A program made the translations under genes and the position numbers. DNA of 48,692 bases from a virus. Its lineage: Duplodnaviria; Heunggongvirae; Uroviricota; Caudoviricetes. The stretch lies in IMG/VR virus record IMGVR_UViG_2654588006_000004, one strand, 5' to 3'. Every line of letters starts with the position of its first letter. Positions within the stretch are counted from its first letter, which is position 1. The notes under the pieces are model-generated. The model was not told the DNA's origin. It did not search any database and was given only the letters and a program-made list of their open reading frames with translations. Shown here in pieces: positions 1-11,392 of this stretch.

Positions 1-7
1 CATCCAG

Positions 8-40
8 CCGCAGCACGTTCTTGCGCACGACGTGCTGCGG
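8..40. repeat. Perfect 11-bp inverted repeat (CCGCAGCACGT / ACGTGCTGCGG) with 11-nt spacer, just 3' of tfa
   Basis: Read directly: 8-18 is the reverse complement of 30-40. No U-tract follows on the minus strand, so not a canonical intrinsic terminator. Confidence 0.5.
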
Positions 41-54
41 CATAATCCCAATGA

Positions 55-639
55 TTACTCCCTGACAGGATTTGCAGGCCACTCAATATCAGGTGCAGTT
101 GATGTATCAACACGGTTCAGCAATACCCGATACTTCTTCCAGGCTTCCAGCAACGACGCCTCTTCTTCCGTTGCGATCTCCAGATCTACAGCATCCTGAA
201 GCGGCGCTATATGCTCACTGGCTACCTGCATCAGGCTGTTTTTTGTTTCTTCCGCCTCCCGGATCCGGAACAGTTTTTCTGCTTCCGTATCCTTCACCCA
301 GACTGTACCGTTCCACTTCTGAAACTCCCCTTCCGGGGATAACCAGGTGACATTTTCCGGTAATGAGCCGAGTTCAGAAATAAATAACGCGTCGCCGGAA
401 GCCACGTCATAGACCGTTTTACCACGATGGTCTTCAACGAGATGCCACGATGCCTCATCACTGTTGAAAACAGCCACGAAGCCTGCCGGAATATCTGGCG
501 GTGCAATATCGGTACTGTTTGCAGGCAGACCTGTATGAGGCGGAATATATGCGTCACCTTCACCAATAAATTCATTAGTTCCGGCCAGCAGGTTATAAAT
601 TTTTATGGTCCGTGCTTGTTCACTCATTCTGAATGCCAT
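55..639 (-). CDS. tfaR: Tail fibre assembly protein (Tfa)
   Basis: 194-aa ORF immediately downstream of the side tail fibre gene; resembles lambda/Rac Tfa. Start codon overlaps the stf stop at 639. Confidence 0.85.
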   Translation of the reverse strand: MAFRMSEQARTIKIYNLLAGTNEFIGEGDAYIPPHTGLPANSTDIAPPDIPAGFVAVFNSDEASWHLVEDHRGKTVYDVASGDALFISELGSLPENVTWLSPEGEFQKWNGTVWVKDTEAEKLFRIREAEETKNSLMQVASEHIAPLQDAVDLEIATEEEASLLEAWKKYRVLLNRVDTSTAPDIEWPANPVRE

Positions 640-3600
640 TATGCGAGCCTCACAATATAGTTAAATGCGATGTTTTTGACGGTGTTTTCCGCGTTACCAG
701 CAGCGTTAACGGTGATGGTGTGTCCATGTGAGCCAATCGCAACCGAGTGCGTATGCGCACCAATACCTACAGTATGTGCATGTGCGCCAGAACTTGCTGC
801 AGTACCAGACAGCGAGTGGGTATGAGCACCTGCTGACTGTGTCTGAATACGTTGATAATACGATCTACTGGAAGAAGTCCCCGGGCTTACTTGATACTGT
901 GAATCCTTGACATAAGTGAACCCACCGCCATCATAAAATGCTAACGCAGAACCGCCGCCTCCTGGCCAACGAATACCATTACCATGAGTATGAGCACCGG
1001 CAGACCCCGTAGAGCCACTCAGACTGTGCGTATGCGCCCCGGTGTTATTCGTGGATTTAGTGCCGTAATCAAACGACGATGTGGTTTTCGTCCCCAAATC
1101 CGTACTGGATGCGCTGGCGCTGTGGGTGTGCGATTTAATGCCGTCCTGTTCCTGAGACAATACGGCACGACCACTGGCAGGTTTGCCCTTAATCGTCCAG
1201 CCACGCATATCAGGGATCACGCCTGACGGATAAGCGGCAGCAAGTTTCGGGTAGGCAGATTTGTCAAAAGTCTGCCCCTGCATCAGGGCATAACCAGACG
1301 GAACGGTATCTGATGGCCACGGGATTGGTGCGCCGACTGGGTAGCTTTCTGGTGGAAGATTTTTCGAGGTATAAACTTCTGCCCAGTCTTCCTCAAAACC
1401 ATAGCCATCTCTTGAAGAACGGTAGAACAGACCACCATTTCTGTAATGCGCCTTCATCTGCAGGGTCCGGCAACTTCCGACTCCGGTATAGAAGTTAACC
1501 AGAATATAGCTGTCGCCAGAGCGGGTGACATTATAAGCGCCTGATTCGGCATTCCAGGGAACGCCACCATCCGCATCGGCATATGTATCCGTTGCCCTTC
1601 TGGCAAAAGCAGCCACATGCGCGGCGGTTAAAGTAATATCTCTGGAACCATCAAACTCAACACCAGAAACCCGTCTTGGCGTTTGCAGCTTTGTTGCTGT
1701 TAATGCATTACCGTTCAGACTTGCGGACAGTTTGGTTCCAATAACCAGTTCGCCGGTTGCGTTATCAATAGCAAACGGTCTTAATGTATTCCAGCCACCA
1801 TAAACATCACCTTGATTGGTAAGCAGCAGGTAAGTTTTAGCGCCATCATTACGCCATAATGCACCATACTCCCCACCTATCATTCGAATCTGATTACCAC
1901 CACGCGCTACAATTTCGTCTGTGGCAAAAAGTTTTTTGCACGACAAGTTATCGTTAACGATTAACGAATGAGACTCATAAAAACCACGGCCACTCTTAAA
2001 ATCAAGGATAACGTCCGCCGCGATACATTCAGTCGCTGGATTTGTTGCCCCAAACTTATAGGTCGTATCATTAACAACGAGATCAGCACCAGGTGCGGAT
2101 ATTGACAGGCCATCTTCAATAAACGCAAAAACAGGGAAAGCAGCACCATCAACATAGAACACAGAGCGCAAATCATCGCCCTTATTACTCATCATTATTG
2201 AGTGGATGGCTCGTTCATTGTTTTGATATTGCCAGAACATTCCATAAGCATAACGCCCCCTGTCAGTCCAGCCACCAGGCATAACAAACCCGTTAAACTC
2301 GCAGTTATTCATCGGATCGCCTGCGGTTCGCGTTGCCGTGGTGATAATGACCCTTGATGCCAGTTCGCTTACTGAGCCAGCAGAACGCATAACAACAACA
2401 GGGTAATATCTTCCAGATATTGCACCTGCAGGAGCGTTAACCCGCACATAACGCATACCACGCTTATCAGCAAAGTCTGTTTTACTGACCGCGTTAATGT
2501 TGTTCAGGAAGCGTCCCTTATCGGGTATATCAGCGCCGTTCTGGTCTTTCTGCAGACGTTTCTCTGCATTGTCATAGGCTGATTTTACTGCCTTTGGCGT
2601 TGCCGCCAGCGTTTCAGACGAACTGTTGGTCGCACTGCTGAGCTGTACTATCCCCTTTTTCGTCGTGCTCGCATCCTCAAGCGCCACGGCGGATGCAATA
2701 TCCTCTGCCCGTTTTGCCGCTGTCTCAGCGCGCGTTGCTGCGGATTCCGCCGTACTTTTGCTCTGAGCTGCTGCCGTCGCACTGCCAGCTGCCTCTGTCG
2801 CCTTCGTGGATGCCGTCGTGGCGCTGCTCTTCGCTGCTGACGCCTGTCTGGTCGCCTCATCTTTTGAAGCAGACGCAGATGATGCCGATGACGCTGCCGA
2901 ACTGGCGGACGATGCGGCTGCCGTTTTTGAGGATTCTGCACGGGTTTCCGACGCTTTCGCATTCGTTTCGGATGTCTTCGCTGCGGAAGCAGACCTCGCT
3001 GCTGCGCTGGCCTGTACAGCGGCTTCGCCAGCCTTCGTTGTGGCTGTTGAAGCGGACGATGCAGCACTTTCTGCCGATTTTCCGGCGGCGGTGGCACTGG
3101 CTGAGGCCTGCCCGGCATTTGTTGACGCGGCGCTGGCAGATGAGGCAGCCGCTGTTTTTGAGTCTGCTGCTGCGGAGGCACTCTGTGCTGCTGCCGTCTC
3201 AGAAGACTTAGCGTTCGTCTCGGACGTTTTTGCCGCCTTCGCGGAATTTCCTGCCGCTGTTGCCGAGGAAGCTGCGCTGCTGGCGCTCGAGGCTGCGCTC
3301 GTTTCTGATGATTTTGCCGCCTCTTTTGAAGCCGACGCATCCCGGGCTGAGGTGGCAGCTTCTGACGCTTTCGTGGTCGCGGTGGATGCTGAAGTGGCTG
3401 CTGATTGTTGTGACGCTGCCGCATTCGTTTCTGACGTTTTTGCCGCAGCGGCACTGGTGGCCGCCGCGCTTTTTGAGGACTCTGCAGCGGCAGCACTTTT
3501 TGATGCTTCAGTGGCCTTTGCTGATGCCGTTCCTGCGCTGGAAGACGCTGACTGAGCCGACGAAGCGGCCTGTCCGGCTGACGTGCTGGCTGCGCGTGCT

Positions 3601-4052
3601 GAGCCTGCAGCATCAGTCGCATGGGTTGCCGCCTCACGGGCAGATGTGCCGGCATCGCCGGCTGACTTCTTCGCGGCTGCCGTGTTCTGTGCCACTGCGG
3701 ACGCGTTACGCGCCACCTCTTCCACCATCAGTTCAAAACGGCGCAGTGCCTCTGGCCGGACATCATCCTCCGTCATTGCACCGAGGAAATCATTCAGTGT
3801 GCCCGGCTTTGAGTCCTCATATACGGTGATAATCCCGGCGTGTGACGGCGGGAATCCCTCCACCAACAGACTGACGCTGTACTGACCATACTCGACGTCC
3901 ATTGTGTAACGCCCGGCTTCATCCGGGTTTTCTGAGGCCACTGTGTTCACCACCACCGTGGTGCTGTTGCGCCTGGCCTTTAGCTGAATGGTGCAGTTTT
4001 GTATCGGCTTACCTGCGCCATCTTTCAGTACACCTGAAATCCGTACTGCCAT
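639..4052 (-). CDS. stfR: Side tail fibre protein (Stf)
   Basis: 1137-aa ORF; N-terminus [38 protein letters not shown] closely matches the recalled lambda Stf N-terminus; long Ala/Ser-rich repeat core; His-rich C-terminal receptor-binding region. Confidence 0.9.
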   Translation of the reverse strand: MAVRISGVLKDGAGKPIQNCTIQLKARRNSTTVVVNTVASENPDEAGRYTMDVEYGQYSVSLLVEGFPPSHAGIITVYEDSKPGTLNDFLGAMTEDDVRPEALRRFELMVEEVARNASAVAQNTAAAKKSAGDAGTSAREAATHATDAAGSARAASTSAGQAASSAQSASSSAGTASAKATEASKSAAAAESSKSAAATSAAAAKTSETNAAASQQSAATSASTATTKASEAATSARDASASKEAAKSSETSAASSASSAASSATAAGNSAKAAKTSETNAKSSETAAAQSASAAADSKTAAASSASAASTNAGQASASATAAGKSAESAASSASTATTKAGEAAVQASAAARSASAAKTSETNAKASETRAESSKTAAASSASSAASSASSASASKDEATRQASAAKSSATTASTKATEAAGSATAAAQSKSTAESAATRAETAAKRAEDIASAVALEDASTTKKGIVQLSSATNSSSETLAATPKAVKSAYDNAEKRLQKDQNGADIPDKGRFLNNINAVSKTDFADKRGMRYVRVNAPAGAISGRYYPVVVMRSAGSVSELASRVIITTATRTAGDPMNNCEFNGFVMPGGWTDRGRYAYGMFWQYQNNERAIHSIMMSNKGDDLRSVFYVDGAAFPVFAFIEDGLSISAPGADLVVNDTTYKFGATNPATECIAADVILDFKSGRGFYESHSLIVNDNLSCKKLFATDEIVARGGNQIRMIGGEYGALWRNDGAKTYLLLTNQGDVYGGWNTLRPFAIDNATGELVIGTKLSASLNGNALTATKLQTPRRVSGVEFDGSRDITLTAAHVAAFARRATDTYADADGGVPWNAESGAYNVTRSGDSYILVNFYTGVGSCRTLQMKAHYRNGGLFYRSSRDGYGFEEDWAEVYTSKNLPPESYPVGAPIPWPSDTVPSGYALMQGQTFDKSAYPKLAAAYPSGVIPDMRGWTIKGKPASGRAVLSQEQDGIKSHTHSASASSTDLGTKTTSSFDYGTKSTNNTGAHTHSLSGSTGSAGAHTHGNGIRWPGGGGSALAFYDGGGFTYVKDSQYQVSPGTSSSRSYYQRIQTQSAGAHTHSLSGTAASSGAHAHTVGIGAHTHSVAIGSHGHTITVNAAGNAENTVKNIAFNYIVRLA
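2650..3650 (-). repeat. Low-complexity Ala/Ser/Thr-rich repeat region inside stf
   Basis: Protein shows reiterated [10 protein letters not shown] / KTSETNA units; compositional bias leaves two other frames open (Arg-rich 2648-3655 minus, Ala/Asp-rich 2806-3555 plus). Confidence 0.7.
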
Positions 4053-4116
4053 ATTCCCCCCACAAAAAAGCCCGCCTGAACCGGCGGGCTGTCATAACAC
4101 TGTGTTACCTGGCTAA

Positions 4117-4716
4117 TCAGAATTTATAACCGACACCCACGATGAAACTGTTGGTACGCCAGTCACCGCTGCCGGAGCCTTCATAAGCGACGTCAACGGC
4201 CACGGATTCGGTCGGGTTAAACTGCACGCCAGCTCCCCACGCCAGAGACGTGTTGCTGTGGCGACCGTCATCACTTCCGGTCAGCACATCGTGCGTTTTC
4301 CCCTTGTTGTCAGTTACGCGGATATAATCCCCGGAGAAAGTCGACACACGGCTGTAAGCCATACCCGCCATCGCATACGCGCTGAACCATTCATTCACGC
4401 GCACAGACGGCCCCGCCATCACGCTGAACCAGCGATTACGCACGGAATCCTCATGCCAGCGGGTATCGCTGTAATGCGTTTTTTGCTCATCTTCAGCGTT
4501 GGCATAACTGAATGACGTAATCAGCCCCAGCGTGTCCGTAAACTCATAACGGTATTTCACGTTAATCCCGTTCAGATTTTCGCTGCCGGGAGCGTTCGTA
4601 CGGGCATGAAGATACCCTGCGCTCAGTGTGGCCTGCTGCTCAGACGCCCATGCAGGCGCACCGGATACGGCCAGACAGATGGCTGCGGACAAAATGGCTG
4701 CACAAACTTTACGCAT
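4117..4716 (-). CDS. lom: Lom-like outer membrane protein (Ail/Lom family)
   Basis: 199-aa ORF with signal peptide (AICLAVSGAPAWA) and C-terminal beta-barrel ending GVGYKF; located between J and stf as in lambda. Intact here. Confidence 0.9.
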   Translation of the reverse strand: MRKVCAAILSAAICLAVSGAPAWASEQQATLSAGYLHARTNAPGSENLNGINVKYRYEFTDTLGLITSFSYANAEDEQKTHYSDTRWHEDSVRNRWFSVMAGPSVRVNEWFSAYAMAGMAYSRVSTFSGDYIRVTDNKGKTHDVLTGSDDGRHSNTSLAWGAGVQFNPTESVAVDVAYEGSGSGDWRTNSFIVGVGYKF

Positions 4717-4783
4717 AATTACCTCTCGCTTTTCTGCAATAAAAAAGGCGCCATTTCTGGCGCCCGTATATGGGTTATAAAAT

Positions 4784-7700
4784 TCAGCTGATACTGATGC
4801 CTGCGGTGGCTTTCTTCATCACCACAACCAGCAAATCGCTGATACTTGCTGTGGGATACCAGTCATTTACCAGCCATGCTGACACCGAAAACTCCAGCGT
4901 CATGTGGCCGTGACCAGCTGGCATATCAATAACACCACTGTAAATCAGCGTATTATCCAGCGCGGTACGGTTATAAATTTCAGCACCATTTTTCTTCACT
5001 ATCAGGCGGCATGAGGAGTAAATATCAGTATGCTCTCTCTCATGTTTAGCACCGCTGAATGCCACCGCCGGAATAACAATCTGCCGGTCAAACGGCTGAT
5101 CGTCATAAATCCTGACGGTAATGGTCCCTGATGGCCACCGCTCCGGTGCCCGGGAGTCCCGCGGGAAAGCCTTACCCACTGTTTTGACAATATCGCCTTC
5201 AATCTGGTTGGCTGACAGTTTCCCTTTAATCTGACAGTTCTCATTTATCGTAACGTTGTTGAGCGTCCCGGCGTTCGCATTCACACTGCCACTGATATCT
5301 GCATTTTTAGCGGTCAGCTTTCCGTCCGGTGTCATGGAAAATGCAGGAGGATTACCGCCGCTGGTAATGGTGGGAGCCGTCAGATATTTCAGGAACACTT
5401 CATTCATGAATATCTGATCACCCTGACCAACAAACATCGGTTTTGTGTTGCCATTTGCAGGATTAATCATCGCAATCCTGTCTGCCGCCAGCAGCACCTG
5501 ACTCTGCATGCCGTCGGGGGTGTTCTCAATACCGACACCGATACCCGCAATATAAAGGCGTCCGTCCTGCATCTGCTGCAGCTTCACAGCCCACATGCTG
5601 TTCAGGTTATTATTTGTATCAACCTGAACCTTCTGTATCTGCTGAATTGCCGCACTCTGGTCTTCCAGTTTCTTATTGACGGTCTGCGTGATTTCATTGC
5701 TGACATCCGTAATGGACGTCCTGATTTCAGCCAGGTCAGGCGCAAGCTGACCGTTATCAATCTGCGTCCACAGCTCCTGAGCCAGATGGGTTTTCCCTAT
5801 CTCGCCTTTGAAAAAATCCAGATAACCGGATGCATCATCACTCGGCTGACCAACAGCCTCCACGAATGCCGATTTGCCAACGGTGTTCACACTGCGGATA
5901 TAAAAGTAATAATCATGGCCCGGTTTGATATTGATACTGGCGGCTATCCAGTACAGCGCCGTGCCAAGATAGCGTGCTGTGGTTTCAACCTGCCTGATAT
6001 CCGCAATCCGCTTTTCCGAGAACCAGAACTCAAACTGTACCGTCGGATCATAAACCGCAAGATGCGGCGTGGCGGTTATCTGAAAATAGCCCGGCGTCAG
6101 CTCAATCCGCGACGGCGCTGCCGGTGCGGCAATCCGGAACGATACCGACGCCGGATCGCCCTGCTGCCCCCACGCATTTACTGCCCGGACTGTCAGCCTG
6201 TAGTTCCCCAGCGCCAGTTGTGTGAAGCGGTAAGTGGTTTCCGTCGTCCGGGCCGTGCTGACCAGCCGCTCACTGCCGTCATCCGCTGTTACGGTCAGAC
6301 GGAGCAGGAAGCTCACGCCCTTCACCACCTTCGGCGTGTCCCAGCGCGCCAGCACCTGATATTCCCCGCTGTCTGCGGTGACTTCGGCAGTCAGGTGCTG
6401 CACCGCTGGCGGCGTGACACCATTCACCGTGCCGCTCTGGTCGCCGTCAAAGTGCGCCCCGTTATCCACGATGGCCTCTTTTTCCGGTACATGCTGCACG
6501 GCGGTGATGGCATACGTGCCGTCGTCGTTCTCACGGATACTCACGCAGCGGAACAGGCGCTGGCGCAGCGTCGGCAGCTTCAGCCCCCACACGCTGTATT
6601 CAGCAACACCGTCAGGAACACGGCTCACTTTCACCTTCACGCCGTCGGTGACGGACTGGACCTCCACGCTGACCGGATTGCCACTTCCGTCAACCAGGCT
6701 TATCAGCGTGGTACCGGAGGATGGCAGCGTGATTTCACGGTCGAGCGTCAGCGTCCGGGTCTGGCTGTTCACCGCCAGCACGCGCCCGCCGGTGCTGATA
6801 CCGGCATAGTCATCATCGCAGATTTCAATGACATCGCCCGGTACATGGCGAAGCCCTTCAGCACCCACGCTGAAGTCCACGGTCTGCGTTTCCAGCAGCT
6901 CCGTTTTAATCAGCCACAGCCCGGCGCGGTGTGCCTGCCCCCGGCTGGTACAGCCAAAGGCATCCATCTTCGTGACGTTACGACCGTAACGGGCAATGGC
7001 CTGCGTATCCTCCACAAGCTCTGTCGCCGTCTCCCAGCCGTTGTTCGGGTCAATCCAGTTCACCTCAACGGCATTATGGCGGTCCTTCAGGGCGCTGAAG
7101 CTGTAGCGGAACGGCGCGCCATCATCCGGCATCACCACATTACTGCGGTTATAGGTCCACACCTTATCTGATGGTCGGTCCTGCACGAACGTCAGCGTCT
7201 GCCCGTTCCATACCGGCATACAGCGCATCGCCGAGCAGAAATCACTGAGAACATCCCACACCTTACGCTGTGTGGTCAGCCAGGCATTACAGGTGATGCG
7301 CGGCTCCGTGCCGCCAAAACCGTCCGGCACCGACTGGTCGCAACACTGGCCGATGACATACAGCGCCCATTTATCCACATCTGCCGCACCAAGACGTTTA
7401 CCCATGCCGTAGCGCGGGTGGGTCAGCATATCCCACAGACACCAGGCCATGTTGTTGCTGTATGCTGGCTTAAACGTTCCGTCCCAGATACCGCTGTATT
7501 GCCGCGTCTGCGGGTTATAGTTCGACGGCACCTGCAGAATGCGTCCGCGAAGATGATAATTACGGCTCACCTGCTGGCTGCCGAACTGCTCCGAGTCCAC
7601 CTGCACGCCGACCAGTGCCGTGTTCGGGTAGCACTGTTTCACATCGATGATTTCGGTGTATGACGACCAGAGCGTTTTGTTCTGCAGCTGGTCTGTGGTG

Positions 7701-8263
7701 CTGTCCGGCGTCATCCTGCGCATCCGGATATTAAACGGGCGCGGCGGCAGGTTATCCACCACCACCGAGGCCAGATACTGCGAGGTGGTTTTGCCCTTAA
7801 TGGTGATGTCTTTTTCCGTCACCCAGCCACCATTACGCTGTATCTGAACCAGCAGGCGAACTTCCGACGGATTCCGGTCCCCCTTTGAGGTGGTTTCCAC
7901 CAGTGCCTGCACACCGAAGGTAAAGCGCAGACGGTCGATGTTTGCAGACGTAATGGCGCGGGTGATCGGCGTGTCATATTTCACTTCCGTACCCAGCACC
8001 GTCTCGGAGCCGGAGGATTCAAACCCCTCCGGCGGTGTCTGCTCCTGCTCACCGGCACGGAACACCACCGTGACACCGGCGATGTTGGTATTCCCCTCAG
8101 TGTCCAGCACCGGCGTACTGTTCAGCAGCACGCTTTTTAATCCATCCACCGGACCTTCAACCGGCCCTTCGCTGATGGCATCGATCACACTCAGCAACTG
8201 CGTGGACTTCAGGTTGTCCTTCGCTTCGCGCGGGGTATGCCCCTTACTGCTGCCTTTACCCAT
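4784..8263 (-). CDS. J: Tail tip / host specificity protein J
   Basis: 1159-aa ORF; length, position after I and extensive similarity to recalled lambda J. Confidence 0.95.
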   Translation of the reverse strand: MGKGSSKGHTPREAKDNLKSTQLLSVIDAISEGPVEGPVDGLKSVLLNSTPVLDTEGNTNIAGVTVVFRAGEQEQTPPEGFESSGSETVLGTEVKYDTPITRAITSANIDRLRFTFGVQALVETTSKGDRNPSEVRLLVQIQRNGGWVTEKDITIKGKTTSQYLASVVVDNLPPRPFNIRMRRMTPDSTTDQLQNKTLWSSYTEIIDVKQCYPNTALVGVQVDSEQFGSQQVSRNYHLRGRILQVPSNYNPQTRQYSGIWDGTFKPAYSNNMAWCLWDMLTHPRYGMGKRLGAADVDKWALYVIGQCCDQSVPDGFGGTEPRITCNAWLTTQRKVWDVLSDFCSAMRCMPVWNGQTLTFVQDRPSDKVWTYNRSNVVMPDDGAPFRYSFSALKDRHNAVEVNWIDPNNGWETATELVEDTQAIARYGRNVTKMDAFGCTSRGQAHRAGLWLIKTELLETQTVDFSVGAEGLRHVPGDVIEICDDDYAGISTGGRVLAVNSQTRTLTLDREITLPSSGTTLISLVDGSGNPVSVEVQSVTDGVKVKVSRVPDGVAEYSVWGLKLPTLRQRLFRCVSIRENDDGTYAITAVQHVPEKEAIVDNGAHFDGDQSGTVNGVTPPAVQHLTAEVTADSGEYQVLARWDTPKVVKGVSFLLRLTVTADDGSERLVSTARTTETTYRFTQLALGNYRLTVRAVNAWGQQGDPASVSFRIAAPAAPSRIELTPGYFQITATPHLAVYDPTVQFEFWFSEKRIADIRQVETTARYLGTALYWIAASINIKPGHDYYFYIRSVNTVGKSAFVEAVGQPSDDASGYLDFFKGEIGKTHLAQELWTQIDNGQLAPDLAEIRTSITDVSNEITQTVNKKLEDQSAAIQQIQKVQVDTNNNLNSMWAVKLQQMQDGRLYIAGIGVGIENTPDGMQSQVLLAADRIAMINPANGNTKPMFVGQGDQIFMNEVFLKYLTAPTITSGGNPPAFSMTPDGKLTAKNADISGSVNANAGTLNNVTINENCQIKGKLSANQIEGDIVKTVGKAFPRDSRAPERWPSGTITVRIYDDQPFDRQIVIPAVAFSGAKHEREHTDIYSSCRLIVKKNGAEIYNRTALDNTLIYSGVIDMPAGHGHMTLEFSVSAWLVNDWYPTASISDLLVVVMKKATAGISIS

Positions 8264-8323
8264 TCCTCACGCTCCATAAACGACAAAACCGCCCGGAGGC
8301 GGTTTCACATAAAACATTTTGCC

Positions 8324-8971
8324 TCAGCGACCAATCACCACAACCTGACCACCATCCCCTTCGTCTGCCGTGCTGATCTCCTGAGAAACCACACGTGATC
8401 CCACGCGCATTTCACCGTACAGAACAGGCAGAACATTGCCCTGGGCAACCATGTTATCCAGTGACGAGAAATACGTGTTCTGCTTACCGTTATCCGTGCT
8501 GGTCGTTGTTGCGGTACTGGCTTTCGGTGCCAGCATCTGCGCCACACCGCCAAGGATCATACTGGCCCCCGCAGCATACATGCCCGATAAAGCCGCAGCT
8601 CCCAGCCAGCCTGCAGGGTTCCACCACGCCACTGCAATCAGCGCCGCACCCAGCACCGCCTGAAACACACCGCCACTTTTTGCTCCCGCAAGACGCGGAA
8701 CGATGTGGATCACGGCACCATTTTTCAGCGGCTCATTAAGACGGGCTGATAATTCGTTTTCGCCTGCATCACGCCCGGCAATGCGCACCTGATACCAGCC
8801 ATCGCTCAGTTTCTGACGAAACGCCGGGATCTGCATGGCCAGCGCCCGGATGGCTTCGGCCCCCGTTTTCACACGAAGGTCGATGCGGCGGCCAAATCGT
8901 TGCAAATCCCCGTAAAGGCAGATACGTGCCATGCCCGGTGACGCCAGAGGGAGTGTGTGCGTCGCTGCCAT
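8324..8971 (-). CDS. I: Tail assembly protein I
   Basis: 215 aa; N-terminus MAATHTLPLASPGMARICLYGDLQRFGRRIDLRVKTGAEAIRALA matches recalled lambda I; overlaps K by 103 nt as in lambda. Confidence 0.9.
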   Translation of the reverse strand: MAATHTLPLASPGMARICLYGDLQRFGRRIDLRVKTGAEAIRALAMQIPAFRQKLSDGWYQVRIAGRDAGENELSARLNEPLKNGAVIHIVPRLAGAKSGGVFQAVLGAALIAVAWWNPAGWLGAAALSGMYAAGASMILGGVAQMLAPKASTATTTSTDNGKQNTYFSSLDNMVAQGNVLPVLYGEMRVGSRVVSQEISTADEGDGGQVVVIGR

Positions 8972-9612
8972 TTGTCGGTATACCTCTCTCGTTTGCTCAG
9001 TTGTTCAGGAATATGGTGCAGCAGCTCGCCGTCGCCGCAGTAAATAGCGGCATGATTCGGCACCGATGAACCAAAACAGCACAGCAGCACATCGCCCGGC
9101 TGCGCCGCTGACAACGGCACCTGATACAGCCCCGTTGCCTCCATATTATCCAGATAGAGATTCTGACCGTGACGCCACCAGTCATCCTCACGATGAAAAT
9201 CAGGCATCTCAATTCCCGCCAGATGGTAAGCATCCCGGAACAGCGTGTAACAGTCCGTCACCCCGTGCTCAAAGCGCCGCCCGGTAAGATGTGGCACACA
9301 GCGGAACTTGTGAATCGCCCCCCGGCAGACCAGCCACCACGGCAAATCACTCTGCACCTGCAGCCGCCGGTCGGCCTCACTCAGCCAGGGCAGAGCACCG
9401 GGGTGACTGTGGACCAGCGCCACAATCTCACCCTGCATTTCTGCCCGCAGCCAGTCCTCCGGAGCCATCCGGAAATACGCCTCCGGCTCACCGGAGATAT
9501 TCACGCAGGGAAAATATCTTTCCCCTTCCGGCGTTCTCACCACGAAGCCGCACGACTCCGCTGGCGCACATCGCCGGGCGTGCGCCAGAATCGCTGATTC
9601 TGTCTCTGTCAT
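8869..9612 (-). CDS. K: Tail assembly protein K (JAB/MPN + NlpC/P60-like)
   Basis: Longest ORF is 247 aa; JAMM-like HSHPGALPWLSEAD motif. Lambda K is 199 aa, so the true start may be the internal Met at 9468 (MAPEDWLRAEMQ...). Confidence 0.9.
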   Translation of the reverse strand: MTETESAILAHARRCAPAESCGFVVRTPEGERYFPCVNISGEPEAYFRMAPEDWLRAEMQGEIVALVHSHPGALPWLSEADRRLQVQSDLPWWLVCRGAIHKFRCVPHLTGRRFEHGVTDCYTLFRDAYHLAGIEMPDFHREDDWWRHGQNLYLDNMEATGLYQVPLSAAQPGDVLLCCFGSSVPNHAAIYCGDGELLHHIPEQLSKRERYTDKWQRRTHSLWRHRAWHVSAFTGICNDLAAASTFV

Positions 9613-9617
9613 GGGAT

Positions 9618-10316
9618 TTACTGCGAAAGTTTGTTAATGGAAAGGAAGCCGCCAAAGTTGCCGACATTATTGCGGAACTTACAGCCACTCAGGCATTTGC
9701 TGCATTTATCCTTCGTGATTTCGGATGTCGGCTGGTCATATTCATCCGCGACCGCCGGACCGTGATAACCGCACTCATCACCGCGATAGGTCCAGGTGCA
9801 GGTATTAGCAAGCATGATGCGCCCCGGAAAAACAGCGCCGTCCGTTTCCGTCGGCGTGGACAGTACAAAGGAGGCACTGACCGCGCTCAGTTCGCTGCAC
9901 TGCTCAATACGCCAGCGGCTGATCACCTCCTGCTCCGGATCGGCGTCACTGTTTCCGTTGACGAAGTTCACCGCATCCAGAAAACGGGCGTAAACCTTAC
10001 GCCTGACCACCGTTCCGCCGACCAGACTCTGCAGGTCTTCCGCCATCCCGGTGACCATGCCGTGCAGATTAGAGACTTTCAGCGTTGGCCTTGCACTGGC
10101 ACCTTTGCCGTTCATCTCAAATCCACTCCCCTGAATGGGATAGGCCTGATACTGCCGACTCTGCCAGGTGACAGACTCTCCTTTCTCGTTCTGCTCATTG
10201 CAGAAAAAGTAGCGATCCCCGCCTACCTCGGTCAGGTCGATTTCCCAGAGCACCACGCTGGCCGACTGCTCCGCACGAATGCATTCATTCAGCGTTTCCT
10301 GTTGTATGTCCTGCAT
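9618..10316 (-). CDS. L: Minor tail protein L
   Basis: 232 aa, same length as lambda L; C-terminal Cys cluster (CSKCLSGC); position between M and K. Confidence 0.9.
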   Translation of the reverse strand: MQDIQQETLNECIRAEQSASVVLWEIDLTEVGGDRYFFCNEQNEKGESVTWQSRQYQAYPIQGSGFEMNGKGASARPTLKVSNLHGMVTGMAEDLQSLVGGTVVRRKVYARFLDAVNFVNGNSDADPEQEVISRWRIEQCSELSAVSASFVLSTPTETDGAVFPGRIMLANTCTWTYRGDECGYHGPAVADEYDQPTSEITKDKCSKCLSGCKFRNNVGNFGGFLSINKLSQ

Positions 10317-10320
10317 CAGA

Positions 10321-10653
10321 TCACCACTTCGTCAAACTGACACGAAAAATCGGTATAGGTGATATGTTCTGTCGCTGACCACGTTCGACACACCACTCTG
10401 ATTTTTCTGTTAATACCAGGCGGGCGCCAAAAAAATATTTATAGCCTTCATGCCGGGCTAAAAATTTTTCAAATGAATCACGTTCATTCGCCTCAACTTT
10501 GAAATCACAGGTGAAAACGCGCAGAGAATGATTAAGTCCATTTGGACTTCGTTGCTCATAACCATCGCCAAATCTTACAGTTTTTATCGATGGTTTATTT
10601 TCTGTTTTCATTCCATCCTCTGGTAACCAGTGAAATTCTTCCGTATTAGCCAC
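10321..10653 (-). CDS. M: Minor tail protein M-like
   Basis: 110 aa; VRFGDGYEQRSPNGLN resembles lambda M VRFGDGYSQRAPAGLN; overlaps end of tape measure gene by 8 nt. Confidence 0.7.
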   Translation of the reverse strand: MANTEEFHWLPEDGMKTENKPSIKTVRFGDGYEQRSPNGLNHSLRVFTCDFKVEANERDSFEKFLARHEGYKYFFGARLVLTEKSEWCVERGQRQNISPIPIFRVSLTKW

Positions 10654-11386
10654 TTAACATTCCCCCATCACGTCGCATATTTAACAGATTGCCCTGCACC
10701 CGCTGATCAACCATCCCCATAAGTGCTTTTATTGCCTGAGGGCCAATCTCTCCATTCTGGCCGTCATTTTGAATAGTGATTTGGTATACAGGGGCATAGG
10801 TAATATCTCCGCCTCCATTACCACTTTTACTATTAATAGCTCTGACACCAAGAGAACCATCGGAAGTTCGTGTTAATGGCATAATGGCTTCCGGACCAGC
10901 CTCACCAAAAACACCAGCCCCTTTTGCAAAAGCAAAAAATTGCGGGGAATCATAAATACCGTTCGAATACGTGTTCAATGACGGAGACTCATAAACACCG
11001 CCCTTTGCATTCGGAATAAATTTACTAATAGCACTCCCGATAGTTCCTAAAATCCCCCCCGAAGAACTGTTACTAATGCTGTCGAAAATCCGAGTAATTG
11101 AAGCCTTTAATGCTATTCGACTAAGATCCGAAATCACGGAAGTAGCGAAAGAACGAAAATTTGCCTTGCCTGTCGTGACAAAATCACCCAGCGCATCGGT
11201 CATTCCATCAAACATCTGAGTCGTGGTTGATTTTATCTGCTCACTGATATCCTTAGTGTCATCCAGCCAGTTATTGAATCCCTGGGAGGAACCACTAACC
11301 CAGTCTCCTGCCTGAATATCGAGCTGCTCGTTTTTCTGTCTGACAATTTCTTTTTCTCGTTCCAGAGCATCATTCAGAGCCTGCAT
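10646..11386 (-). CDS. Tape measure protein, C-terminal segment (downstream of an in-frame TAG)
   Basis: 246-aa ORF in the same frame as the 828-aa ORF upstream, separated only by TAG + 2 codons; Gly-rich C-terminal region with GVFGEAGPEAIMPL-type motif. Confidence 0.6.
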   Translation of the reverse strand: MQALNDALEREKEIVRQKNEQLDIQAGDWVSGSSQGFNNWLDDTKDISEQIKSTTTQMFDGMTDALGDFVTTGKANFRSFATSVISDLSRIALKASITRIFDSISNSSSGGILGTIGSAISKFIPNAKGGVYESPSLNTYSNGIYDSPQFFAFAKGAGVFGEAGPEAIMPLTRTSDGSLGVRAINSKSGNGGGDITYAPVYQITIQNDGQNGEIGPQAIKALMGMVDQRVQGNLLNMRRDGGMLSG

Positions 11387-11392
11387 TTTCTC

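Noticed and set aside
2648-3655. 335-aa Arg/Gln-rich ORF (minus) and 249-aa Ala/Asp-rich ORF 2806-3555 (plus) inside stf
   Set aside because: Alternative-frame artefacts of the Ala/Ser-rich repeat region; extreme low-complexity composition and complete overlap with a well-supported tail fibre gene.
5786-7171. 461-aa plus-strand ORF antisense to J, and other long antisense ORFs such as 9291-10340 and 21248-21736
   Set aside because: Fully embedded antisense in strongly supported structural genes; Arg/Pro-rich composition typical of antisense reading of GC-rich coding DNA; no start context.
8869-8971. 103-nt overlap between K and I as a possible frameshift or annotation error
   Set aside because: The same 103-nt K/I overlap exists in lambda as I recall its coordinates, so this is the conserved native arrangement.
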